64,000 bases of DNA. Origin: Thermoanaerobaculia bacterium. GTDB taxonomy: Bacteria > Acidobacteriota > Thermoanaerobaculia > Gp7-AA8. A model generated the notes under the pieces. It was not told the DNA's origin. It saw nothing but the letters and a program-made list of their open reading frames with translations, and did not search any database. The stretch spans positions 163 through 64,162 of the forward strand of contig JBIOTX010000299.1 of the NCBI GenBank assembly GCA_044866315.1, read 5' to 3'. Every line of letters starts with the position of its first letter. Positions within the stretch are counted from its first letter, which is position 1. This document shows positions 8,302 to 16,594 of the stretch, one piece after another. The translations under genes were made by a program, and so were the position numbers.

Positions 8302-9594
8302 TCACTTCGGCCGCTTTCTGAACTTGTCGTAGAGCAGCGTGTGCCGCGAGTCCATGGGGATCTCTTCGCCGGCGATGAAGACGCGACGCACGCTCGTGCG
8401 CATCTCCAGGGGGTCGCCGTCGGTGACGATCACGCTCGCGCTCTTGCCGACTTCCAGGGAGCCGAGGCGGTCGGCGACGCCGAAGATCTCGGCGGGGTAG
8501 ATCGTGATGGCCTTGAGGGCGACGTCCTTGGGCAGGCCGAACGCGGCGCAGGAGCCCGCGTGGTACGGCAGGTTGCGCGTGTTGTGGGCGTCGGAGGTCT
8601 GGATGGCGAAGCGGATGCCGTTGTCGTGGAGCGTCTTGGCGTTGCTGAAGAGGAGGTCGTAGGGATCGTCCTCGCGCGAAGGGAGGGCGAGGATGGGACC
8701 GAGGATCACCGGGACGTTGCGGCGCTTCAGCTCGGGGATGACGCGGGCCACGTCCTGCGCGCCGGAGAGGATCATCTTCAGCTTGAACTCATCCGCGAAC
8801 TTCAGCGCGGCGTTGATGTCGCGGGCGAGGTTCGCGTGGATGACTACCGGCACGCGTCCTTCCACGACCGGCACGAGGGCCTCGAGGATGAGATCGCGGT
8901 CGAAGCGCTGCACCGGCGCGGCGGCGGCCTTCGCGTAGGCCTGGGCGTCGCGGAGGATGTCGCGCAGCCTGTCGAGCTCGCGCGTGTAAGTCTTGCGGCG
9001 CTCTTTCTCCGCCTCTTCGTCCTGCGGGACGTCTCCGAAAGAGGCCGCGCGCAGGCGCGGAAAGCGGATGTGCATGGCCAGCGGTGCCTTGACGGTCATC
9101 TCCGACGGAGTCCAGCCGGCGAGCTGAATGAGCGCGCTCGATCCGGAGATGATCCCGCCTTCTGGAACGCTGACGACGTGCGTGACGCCGTTGACGCGCG
9201 TCACCGGCACCAGCTCGCTGTGCGGGTTGATCGCCACTTCGGCGTGCGCGTTCGGGTTGATGTCTCCCAGCTCGGCCGTGTCCACCGTGCCGGCGACGGA
9301 GTCGATCTCCGTGAGGCCCACGCTCGAGCCGGAGTCGATCATGCCGGGATAGACGGAGAGGCCGGAGCCGTCGATGACCGTCGCATTCGCGGGAACGCTG
9401 ACGCTGGCGCCGACGGCGGTGATCACGCCGCTCACGAAGACGATCGTCCCGTTGGGAATCGGCGCGGAGGTGACGGGATAGATCGTCGCGTTGCGAATGG
9501 CCACCGTTCCCTTCGTGCCGGGATTGTTCGGGATCGTGGACTGCGCGAGCGCCGCGCTCGCGCAAAGCAGCGTGAGTGCAACCAGCTTACGCAT
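8302..9594 (-). CDS. Secreted amidohydrolase family protein (COG1228-like)
   Basis: Signal peptide [18 protein letters not shown]-terminal IRNATIYPV...GTIVF..G.I..VG and PGMIDSGS blocks are typical of metal-dependent amidohydrolases. AAGGAG RBS. Confidence 0.85.
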   Translation of the reverse strand: MRKLVALTLLCASAALAQSTIPNNPGTKGTVAIRNATIYPVTSAPIPNGTIVFVSGVITAVGASVSVPANATVIDGSGLSVYPGMIDSGSSVGLTEIDSVAGTVDTAELGDINPNAHAEVAINPHSELVPVTRVNGVTHVVSVPEGGIISGSSALIQLAGWTPSEMTVKAPLAMHIRFPRLRAASFGDVPQDEEAEKERRKTYTRELDRLRDILRDAQAYAKAAAAPVQRFDRDLILEALVPVVEGRVPVVIHANLARDINAALKFADEFKLKMILSGAQDVARVIPELKRRNVPVILGPILALPSREDDPYDLLFSNAKTLHDNGIRFAIQTSDAHNTRNLPYHAGSCAAFGLPKDVALKAITIYPAEIFGVADRLGSLEVGKSASVIVTDGDPLEMRTSVRRVFIAGEEIPMDSRHTLLYDKFRKRPK

Positions 9595-10921
9595 CCTTCT
9601 TCTCCTTCCCGCCCTTCTTCTTCGCGTCGTCCTCGTCCTTCTTCAGCCGCTCCTCCTTCTCCTTGCGCAGGGCCTCGCGCTGCTCGAGGTCGCGGGCCCG
9701 GTCGAAATAGATCTCGCCCTCGATGAAGGTCGTGTCGACGCGCGAGTAGACCGAGAGCGGATGCCCGTTCCAGATGGCCAGGTCGGCGTCCTTGCCCACC
9801 TCGATGGAGCCGATGCGCTGGTCGAGGCGCAGCTGCCTGGCTGGATTGATCGTGCAGAGCCGCAGCGCCTCCTCCTCGGTGAGACCGCCGTACTTCATGG
9901 CCTTGGCGGCGTCGTGGTTGAGATGCCGCGCCAGCTCGTCGGAGTCGGAGTTGACGGAGGTGAGCACGCCGCCCCGCACCATCAGCGCGACGTTGTACGG
10001 CGTCGCGTCGTAGGCCTCGGCTTTGTAGCCCCACCAGTCGATGAACGTGCCGCCGCCCGCGCCTGCCGCCGCGATCTCGCGCGCGACCTTGTAGCCCTCG
10101 AGCACGTGCTGGAACTCGCGCACCTGGAAGCCGAGCTCCTTGGAGAGATTGATCAGCATCATGATCTCGTCGGCGCGATAGCAGTGCGAGTGGACGTCGA
10201 TCTTGCCGCGGAGGATGTCGGCCATGGTCTCCATCAGCAGGTCGCGGCGCGGGGGAATCGCGGCCTCACCGCGCTTCTGCTTCGCCTCGTACTCGCTCCA
10301 CGCAGACATGTAGTCCTTGGCGTCGATGAACGACTTGCGGATCACTTCCTCCACGCCCATGCGCGTGGCCGGGTACTGCCGGGCCTGCCCCTCGGGCGGG
10401 CGGAAGTTGGCGCTCTTCGGGTTCTCGCCGAGGGCGAACTTGATCGTGCGCGGGGCATCGGCGACCAGCCACTCCGAGATCGGCCGGCCCCACTTCCACT
10501 TCATGATCTGGCTCTGCCCGCCGATGGCATTGGCCGAGCCGTGCAGCACCAGCGCGGTGGTCGTGCCGCCGGCGAGCTGGCGGTAGGCGGAGATGTCGCG
10601 GTTGTCCGCGGCGTCGGCGATGCGCACCATGCCGGTGTTGGGCAGGGAGATCTCGTTGACGCTCCCCTCGACCGCGGTGTGGCTGTGCGTGTCGATGATG
10701 CCGGGGAGGACGAACTTGCCCGTGCCGTCGATGACCCGCGCGCCCGCCGGCGCGGAGAGGTCCTTGCCGACCGCGGCGATCTTGGAGCCGCGGATGAGCA
10801 CCGAGCCGTTCTCGATCGTGCCGTTGGTGATGGTGAGGATGGTCGCGTTGCGGATGAGCGTGACGCGCTCCTGCGCGGCGAGGGGGAGTGTGAACAGAAG
10901 GAAGACGAGCGCTTTTCTCAT
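9587..10921 (-). CDS. Secreted amidohydrolase family protein
   Basis: True start is [16 protein letters not shown] at 10921, an ATGA overlap with the upstream gene. HTH metal site (IIDTHSHTA). Lys/Glu-rich C-terminal tail. The upstream part of ORF 9587..11632 is a frame artefact. Confidence 0.85.
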   Translation of the reverse strand: MRKALVFLLFTLPLAAQERVTLIRNATILTITNGTIENGSVLIRGSKIAAVGKDLSAPAGARVIDGTGKFVLPGIIDTHSHTAVEGSVNEISLPNTGMVRIADAADNRDISAYRQLAGGTTTALVLHGSANAIGGQSQIMKWKWGRPISEWLVADAPRTIKFALGENPKSANFRPPEGQARQYPATRMGVEEVIRKSFIDAKDYMSAWSEYEAKQKRGEAAIPPRRDLLMETMADILRGKIDVHSHCYRADEIMMLINLSKELGFQVREFQHVLEGYKVAREIAAAGAGGGTFIDWWGYKAEAYDATPYNVALMVRGGVLTSVNSDSDELARHLNHDAAKAMKYGGLTEEEALRLCTINPARQLRLDQRIGSIEVGKDADLAIWNGHPLSVYSRVDTTFIEGEIYFDRARDLEQREALRKEKEERLKKDEDDAKKKGGKEKKDA

Positions 10922-12522
10922 TTCGATCGGCTCCCGCTGAAGTCGAAGTTGCCGAGGGTGGTGGTGACCGTGCCGGTCATGGTGTCGCCGGACAGCATGC
11001 CGCGGAACACCCAGTCGCTCGCCTCGGCGGCGTTCTGGCCGGTCGCGGAGATGGTGAACTCGAACGACGAGGTGCCGTCGAACGAGCCGCCGCGGATGTC
11101 GCCCGAGCCGCGGTCGCCGGAGTAGGTGCCGGTGAGCGCGCCGTCCTCGGCGCGCAGCGTGGCCTGGATGGAGACGTTGCCGTCCGGCGCGCGCACGGTC
11201 AGGCTCCAGGAGCCGTCGATCGGCGACGCCGGCGACTCGCCGGGCTTGCGGTCGTCGGCGGGCAGGCGGATCTCCCGGCCGTCGACGAAGACCCGGCTCA
11301 CCTTCGCGTCCTTGTCGAAGAGCGGCTTGTCGCTGAGGACGACGTTGGCGATCTTGCCGCGCTCGAGCGATCCGAGCTGGCGGTCGATGCCGAGGATGCG
11401 CGCGGGGCCGAGGGTGGTCGCGCGCAGCGCGTCGTCCGCGGAGAGGCCGTTCTCGATGGCCTTGCGAATGCCGGGGAGGAAATCGCCGGCCTTGCCGGGG
11501 CCGGTGACGAGGGCGAAGGCGACGCCGCTCTTGGCCAGCTGCGCGGGCGTGGTCGGCGAGAGCTGGCGGTCGCGGATCACGCGCAGCGGCTGCTCCTCGC
11601 GGTCTTCCTTGTCCGCCGGGGCGGTGGCCCACTTCACGGACACAAGCACCGGCACGTTCTTCAGATCGCCCGGCATCTGGTAGCCCTGCCGCGCGCCGGA
11701 GACGATGTAGCGGAGGTCGAACTCGCGCGCGAGCTGCTGGGCGCGGCGGATCATCAGCTCGGAGTCGGCGATGAAGACCACCGGCAGCTCCTTGCGCAGC
11801 GCGGGACGCAGGGCCTCGAGGCCGGGATTCTCCTGCGGCCGCTGCAGGCCGGCCGGATTGCGCTCGTACACGGCGCGCGCGGCGGAGTGCTGCTGGGCGT
11901 CGAGAAAGTTCTGGCGGATCATCGCCATCACGCCCATCAGGCTGTCCGGGTAGGTCCAGGTCGGCCGCGGATTGAACGAGATCTGCAGCGTGGCCGGGCT
12001 CTTGATCACCCGCGTCTCGATCGGACCGGAGCTGAGGTTCAGCACCACCGACTGGCCGTTGAAGATCCCCGCGGCGGGCGCCGTGAGGACGGTAGTCACG
12101 CCCGTGGCCCGGCGCGCGTCCATGTCCTCGTCGCTGATCTTCGCGTTGCGGATGGCCATGAAGTCGGGCGTCGGCTCGGGTGCGGACTCCTCGCGGCGCT
12201 GCTGCCCGCCCCCTCCGCCGCCGAACCCGCCGCGGCGCGGCGCGGGAGCGGCGAAGCCGAGGGACGTCTGGGCGTCGATCAGGCCGGGATAGACGTGGCC
12301 CCCCTTGGCGTCGATGACCGTGGCGTCGCGGGGGATGGCCGCGTTCGCGCCGACGGCCTCGATCAGGCCGTTGCGGATGATAACCACGCCGTTGGGGATC
12401 GGCGCCCCGGAAACCGGATGGACGGTACCGCCGGTGATGGCGTAGACGCCCGGCGCGTCTGCGTGCACGGCGGTGGCTACGGTGAGAACGACGAGAATGG
12501 CGACGAGTCGCCGAAGACTCAT
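10918..12522 (-). CDS. Secreted amidohydrolase family protein with extra C-terminal beta-rich domain
   Basis: ATG at 12522 with GGAGG 7 nt upstream. Signal peptide [21 protein letters not shown]. Contains [25 protein letters not shown]. Confidence 0.8.
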   Translation of the reverse strand: MSLRRLVAILVVLTVATAVHADAPGVYAITGGTVHPVSGAPIPNGVVIIRNGLIEAVGANAAIPRDATVIDAKGGHVYPGLIDAQTSLGFAAPAPRRGGFGGGGGGQQRREESAPEPTPDFMAIRNAKISDEDMDARRATGVTTVLTAPAAGIFNGQSVVLNLSSGPIETRVIKSPATLQISFNPRPTWTYPDSLMGVMAMIRQNFLDAQQHSAARAVYERNPAGLQRPQENPGLEALRPALRKELPVVFIADSELMIRRAQQLAREFDLRYIVSGARQGYQMPGDLKNVPVLVSVKWATAPADKEDREEQPLRVIRDRQLSPTTPAQLAKSGVAFALVTGPGKAGDFLPGIRKAIENGLSADDALRATTLGPARILGIDRQLGSLERGKIANVVLSDKPLFDKDAKVSRVFVDGREIRLPADDRKPGESPASPIDGSWSLTVRAPDGNVSIQATLRAEDGALTGTYSGDRGSGDIRGGSFDGTSSFEFTISATGQNAAEASDWVFRGMLSGDTMTGTVTTTLGNFDFSGSRSK

Positions 12523-12572
12523 GCGTGACCTCCGGCCGCGCATGATAACCTCGTGCGCCTCGGAGTCAGCCC

Positions 12573-13688
12573 ATGGTCCTGTTCAATTACGCCACGAAGG
12601 AGATCACGGCCAAGATCGTCTATTACGGCCCCGGTCTCTGCGGCAAGACCACGAACCTGCAGTTCGTGTACGACTCGCTCCCCTCCAACAGCAAGAGCAA
12701 GATGCTCTCGCTGGCCACCAAGACCGACCGCACCCTCTTCTTCGATTTCCTCCCCCTGGACCTCGGCAAGATCCGGGGGATGCGCACGAAGCTGCAGCTC
12801 TACACCGTGCCCGGGCAGGTCTACTACAACTCCACGCGCCAGCTCGTGCTCAAGGGCGCGGACGGGATCGTGTTCGTCGCCGACAGCCAGGACTTCGCCC
12901 TCGACGCGAACCTGGAGTCGATGCAGAACCTCGAGGACAACCTCAAGCGCCAGGGCATCCGCCTCAAGGAGATGCCGCTGGTGATCCAGTACAACAAGCG
13001 CGACCTGCCGAACGCCATGGCGGTGCCGGAGCTCGACGCCGAGATCAACACCATGCAGGTGCCGGCGTTCGAGTCCGTGGCCACGACCGGCCTGGGCGTC
13101 GAGGAGACGCTGAAGGGGATCACCCAGCTGGTACTCGCGCACCTGATCAAAAAGTACGGACTGGAAGGCGCCGAGCCGCTGGAGCGCGAGATCCAGATCC
13201 TCAACGCGCCGACGACGCAGCGCGCCGCCGCGGAGTCGCTGTGGGACGACGAGGAGGAGCCGTTCGGCGCGCCCGCTGTCACTCGCTCCGCCCCGCCGCC
13301 GCCACCGGCCGGCGAGCCGGAGTTCGAGCTGGACGAGGCTTCCGACGAGAACATCCCCCTCGTGGCCACGGAGCTCCTCCCCACCACCACCGTCGCCGTG
13401 CCGATGAATCCATTCGACGATCTGTACACCACCCCCGAGCCGCCGCCGATGGACGTGCCGACCACCTCCATCGAGATCCCGCTCCCCCAGGGCATCCTGG
13501 AGTCGCTCCCCGTCCTCGGCCAGGACGCGCCGGCCACCGCCGTGGCCTCACGGCCGGCCCCCGAGCGGCGCAGCACGGACGGGCTCGTCAAGGAGATCAC
13601 CATCCCCCTGAACCTCACCCTGGACGAGGTCCGGCAGCACCGCCGCCTGCGGCTCAAGATCACCCTCGACGTGAATCTTTTGCCGTAG
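12573..13688 (+). CDS. mglA: MglA-family Ras-like small GTPase with ~175-aa acidic/Pro-rich C-terminal extension
   Basis: The N-terminal ~195 aa is nearly collinear with Myxococcus MglA as I remember it: INYxxxEIxxKIVYYGPGLCGKTTNLQ, DRTLFFDFLPL, LYTVPGQV, ADSQ, QYNKRDL. Confidence 0.85.
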   Translation: MVLFNYATKEITAKIVYYGPGLCGKTTNLQFVYDSLPSNSKSKMLSLATKTDRTLFFDFLPLDLGKIRGMRTKLQLYTVPGQVYYNSTRQLVLKGADGIVFVADSQDFALDANLESMQNLEDNLKRQGIRLKEMPLVIQYNKRDLPNAMAVPELDAEINTMQVPAFESVATTGLGVEETLKGITQLVLAHLIKKYGLEGAEPLEREIQILNAPTTQRAAAESLWDDEEEPFGAPAVTRSAPPPPPAGEPEFELDEASDENIPLVATELLPTTTVAVPMNPFDDLYTTPEPPPMDVPTTSIEIPLPQGILESLPVLGQDAPATAVASRPAPERRSTDGLVKEITIPLNLTLDEVRQHRRLRLKITLDVNLLP

Positions 13689-13713
13689 CAGTGTGTTACG
13701 AGAAGGTCCACCC

Positions 13714-13803
13714 GGAGGAGTGGTCGAGTGGTTTAAGGCAGCGGTCTTGAAAACCGCCGTGGGGGCGACTCCACCGTGGGTTCGAATCCCACCTCCTCCG
13801 CCA
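13714..13803 (+). tRNA. tRNA-Ser (anticodon UGA), CCA encoded
   Basis: Acceptor GGAGGAG pairs with CTCCTCC. D-arm GGTCGAGTGGTTTAAGGC. Anticodon loop CTTGAAA. Long variable arm. T-arm GGGTTCGAATCCC. 3' GCCA. Confidence 0.95.
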
Positions 13804-13866
13804 CCGGGCACTTTCGTGGAATTGCTGATCCAGCGATCCGCATTTAACATTCGCATTCCTTCAGCC

Positions 13867-13960
13867 GGAGAGATGGGTGAGTGGCTGAAACCAGCGGTTT
13901 GCTAAACCGCCGTAGGGCCTTAAAGCTCTACCGAGGGTTCGAATCCCTCTCTCTCCGCCA
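13867..13960 (+). tRNA. tRNA-Ser (anticodon GCU), CCA encoded
   Basis: Acceptor GGAGAGA pairs with TCTCTCC. Anticodon loop TTGCTAA. Long variable arm. T-arm GGGTTCGAATCCC. 3' GCCA. Confidence 0.95.
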
Positions 13961-13971
13961 TCCCTCGTTCT

Positions 13972-14041
13972 AGGAGTGCGGTGGCGCAGCCACCGCTTTC
14001 GTATCCGGATCGCAGAGCGGTAGCTTCGCTACCGCACTCCT
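13972..14041. repeat. REP-like pair of inverted palindromic units (probable bidirectional terminator)
   Basis: AGGAGTGCGGT (13972-82) is complementary to ACCGCACTCCT (14031-41). Inside lie two related hairpins, GCGGTGGC-GCA-GCCACCGC and GCGGTAGC-TTC-GCTACCGC. Confidence 0.6.
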
Positions 14042-15518
14042 AAAACTTCTCCAGCGGCGCGCGCGCCGGACCGTTGAGCACTTCTCCGTCAGGCGTGAAG
14101 CGAGAGCCGTGGCAGGGGCAGTCCCAGGTGCGCTCGGCCGGGTTCCAGGCGACGTCGCAATTCATGTGCGTGCAGACCGGGGACACCGTGTGCAGGGCGC
14201 CGCTGTCGTCGCGGTAGGCGGCGACTTTCTTTCCGTCGATCTCCAGGATCTTGGCCTCGCCGGCGCGGACCTCGTCGGTGCTCTTGCCTTCCACGTCGTG
14301 CGACGTGAGGCGGTCGGAAAGGAAGTGCTTCGGGAACTGGAGGTTCTCGGTGAGGAACTCGCGCGCGGTCACGTGCGGGCGCCTGCGGCTGCGGTCGAAG
14401 ACCTCGGCGTAGCGGTTGGTGACGCCGGTGAGGAGGTCCGCGACGATCATCGCGCCGATGGTGCCGAAGGTGATGCCCTGGCCGGCGTAGCCGGTGGAGA
14501 GGTAAAGATTGCCGGAGCCGCCGATGATCGGGAGGCCGCCGTGCGGCTCGATGACCTGGCCGGACCAGCGATGGCTCGGCTCTCCGACTCCGAACGCCCC
14601 ACGCGCGTAGGCCAGAAGGCGCGCGAAGCAGCCCTCGGTGTCCTCCTCCTCGCCGACGCGGTGGTCCTCGCCGCCCACGATCAGCCACTGGTCCTGCCGG
14701 CGGGTGTAGTGGTACGGGTCGGCGGTGTCCCAGAAGAGGCCATCGGGGAAGTCCTCGATGGGGAAGGCCATGGCGTAGGTGCGATACGGCGCGGCGAGGG
14801 TGTGAATGTCGGTGAAGCCGGCGATGGGGACATTCGTTGCCATCAGCACGGCTTTCGCGGTCACGCGTCCGCCCTCGGTCTCCACGACGCACGGCTGGCC
14901 GTCTTTGACGTCGGTGACCCGCGTGCGCTCGAAGACGCGGCAATCCTTGCCGCTGATCTTCGCCGCGAGGGCATCAAGGTACTGGCGCGGATGAAACTGG
15001 GCCTGATTGGCGAAGAGCACCGCGCCGCGCGTGGCGGAGGGCAGCGGGACGCTCTCGGTCCACTTCGCGTCGAGGCCCGCCTCGGCGGCCGCGCGGGCTT
15101 CGTTCTTGATCTCGGCGACGTACCTGCGCTTCTCGGTGTAGAGGTAGCCGGGCACGCGGCGGAAGCGGCAGTCGATGGAGTGCCGGGAGATGAGCTCCGC
15201 GATCTTCTCGATCGAGGCGACGCTCGCCTCGGCGACCAGGCGCGCCTCTCCGGGGCTGTACTTGCGCCGGATGTAGTGGTAGCGGGCGTCGATGGCGGCG
15301 GTGATGTGAGCGGTGGTATTGCCGGTCTCGCCGGAGCCGATGGTGTCCTTTTCGAGAACGACCACGCGCTGCCCGCGCTCCGAAAGCAACGCGGCCGCGG
15401 TGATGCCGGTGATGCCTGCTCCGACGATGGCGACGTCGGTCTCGATCTCCCCGCGCAGCGGATCGAAGCGCGGCGGCGCGCTCGTGCCCTCCCACAGCGG
15501 TGCGGTTTTGTCTCTCAT
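14040..15518 (-). CDS. FAD-dependent oxidoreductase fused to a C-terminal Rieske [2Fe-2S] domain
   Basis: N-terminal dinucleotide fold VAIVGAGITGITAAALLSERGQRVVVLEKD. C-terminal Rieske ligands CTHMNC...CPCHGS. Start chosen at the MRDKTAPLW ATG (15518); the ORF extends to 15548. Confidence 0.85.
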   Translation of the reverse strand: MRDKTAPLWEGTSAPPRFDPLRGEIETDVAIVGAGITGITAAALLSERGQRVVVLEKDTIGSGETGNTTAHITAAIDARYHYIRRKYSPGEARLVAEASVASIEKIAELISRHSIDCRFRRVPGYLYTEKRRYVAEIKNEARAAAEAGLDAKWTESVPLPSATRGAVLFANQAQFHPRQYLDALAAKISGKDCRVFERTRVTDVKDGQPCVVETEGGRVTAKAVLMATNVPIAGFTDIHTLAAPYRTYAMAFPIEDFPDGLFWDTADPYHYTRRQDQWLIVGGEDHRVGEEEDTEGCFARLLAYARGAFGVGEPSHRWSGQVIEPHGGLPIIGGSGNLYLSTGYAGQGITFGTIGAMIVADLLTGVTNRYAEVFDRSRRRPHVTAREFLTENLQFPKHFLSDRLTSHDVEGKSTDEVRAGEAKILEIDGKKVAAYRDDSGALHTVSPVCTHMNCDVAWNPAERTWDCPCHGSRFTPDGEVLNGPARAPLEKF

Positions 15519-15644
15519 CTCGGCCCCCCTACAGGCCGTTACAGGCACGTTTCGTGCTCGACCGTAAGACTGCCTTACCTAGTTGTACTTAGACGGTATT
15601 TGGCCGTTTGAGAATCTTTACAACCCCGGAAGGAGACACCACTC

Positions 15645-16127
15645 ATGGCAACCAGTAAACGCGGATTTGCGTCCATGGATCCTGCCAAGCAGCGTGAGAT
15701 TGCGAGCAAGGGCGGACGCGCTGCACACGCGAAGGGCACGGCCCACGAGTTCACCACCGACGAGGCACGCGTCGCCGGCCGGAAGGGCGGCGAGGCTGTT
15801 AGCCGCGACCGGGCCCACATGGCCGCAATCGGCCGCGAAGGTGGCCACAGCCGCGGAGCGCGCGCGCGCGCGGCAGCGGCGGGTGCGGCGGTCGCCGGTG
15901 CGGCGATCGGTGCGGTCGCCGGTGCGGCAGTGAATCACCGCCTGGAGAACCGGGACCGAGACACCGGCATCGACGTCGTGCAGGGCACCCAGCCGTTCGT
16001 CCGGCAGGTCAACGAGGAGCGCAGCGGCTTCGAGGCCGGCGTTCGCAACGAGCGCCCGTCGCGCGAGGTGCGCTCCAGCGACAACGCGAACGAGGGCGGC
16101 CCGCTCTCCGATCGCGGGAGAATCTAG
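15645..16127 (+). CDS. General stress protein with KGG repeats (YciG/con-10-like) plus Ala/Gly-zipper segment
   Basis: AAGGAG RBS. Repeated SKGG/RKGG/REGG units (IASKGGRAAH, VAGRKGGEAV, IGREGGHSRG), then AAAAGAAVAGAAIGAVAGAAV. Confidence 0.8.
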   Translation: MATSKRGFASMDPAKQREIASKGGRAAHAKGTAHEFTTDEARVAGRKGGEAVSRDRAHMAAIGREGGHSRGARARAAAAGAAVAGAAIGAVAGAAVNHRLENRDRDTGIDVVQGTQPFVRQVNEERSGFEAGVRNERPSREVRSSDNANEGGPLSDRGRI

Positions 16128-16133
16128 CGACTT

Positions 16134-16168
16134 GTGGAGGGGGACAGGCAGGATTGCCTGTCCTCCAC
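16134..16168. terminator. Bidirectional hairpin between convergent genes
   Basis: GTGGAGGGGGACAGGCA-GGAT-TGCCTGTCCTCCAC lies between the stop at 16127 (+) and the stop at 16169 (-). Confidence 0.6.
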
Positions 16169-16594
16169 CTACATCTCCTCCAACTGGTCCGCGAGCTCGG
16201 CTCCGAGCCAGCCCGTGAGGACCGTCAGCAGTACGCCCACCGCAGAGAGAGCGATCGCGATTCCCTCCGGTTGTGCAGGTGCGTCCCGGCGCAGGATCCA
16301 GCTGAGGGCGAAGAGCAGCACCACCACCGTCGTCCCGACGCCGTGCCACATGCCGACGCGCCGCGCGCGCGTGGTGCGCGGAATGGCCGTGAAGTCGATG
16401 ACGCCGAAGAGCGCCGCCAGCGCACCGCCAGCCACCCCCGCGAAGATCATCCACCACGACACCAGCGCGAGCTCCACCCGCCCGCGCGCGAGCCAGGCCA
16501 GGTCGAAGAAGAACGACGTGCCGAGGAGGCCCAGCGGAAAGACGCTGAGAATCTGGTGCAGCGGCTGCCCGAACACGCGAACGCGCGGCTTCAT
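16169..16594 (-). CDS. DUF2231-like integral membrane protein
   Basis: Starts at MKPRVRVFGQPLHQILSVFPLGLL (ATG at 16594, ATGA overlap with the upstream stop). Four predicted TM helices, 141 aa. The rest of ORF 16169..18643 is an antisense-frame artefact. Confidence 0.7.
   Translation of the reverse strand: MKPRVRVFGQPLHQILSVFPLGLLGTSFFFDLAWLARGRVELALVSWWMIFAGVAGGALAALFGVIDFTAIPRTTRARRVGMWHGVGTTVVVLLFALSWILRRDAPAQPEGIAIALSAVGVLLTVLTGWLGAELADQLEEM

Noticed and set aside
6395-11125. Long plus-strand ORFs (6395..8332, 8089..9726, 9491..11125) antisense to the receptor and amidohydrolase genes
   Set aside because: Their composition is dominated by R/A/G/D/V/E. They have no motifs, no RBS and no signal peptides, and they lie opposite genes with clear family signatures. 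The same reasoning rejects 14109..15611, 32731..35319, 43942..46836, 45581..48388, 59027..61549, 59463..61433 and similar ORFs.
9587-11632. A 681-aa version of the middle amidohydrolase
   Set aside because: The N-terminal 237 aa are Arg/Pro/His-rich and overlap the upstream amidohydrolase in another frame. The ATG at 10921 gives a proper signal peptide and an ATGA coupling.
13689-16168. A genomic island integrated at the tRNA-Ser genes
   Set aside because: There is no integrase or recombinase, and no direct repeat of a tRNA 3' end that I could find. The adjacent genes have native-looking high GC.
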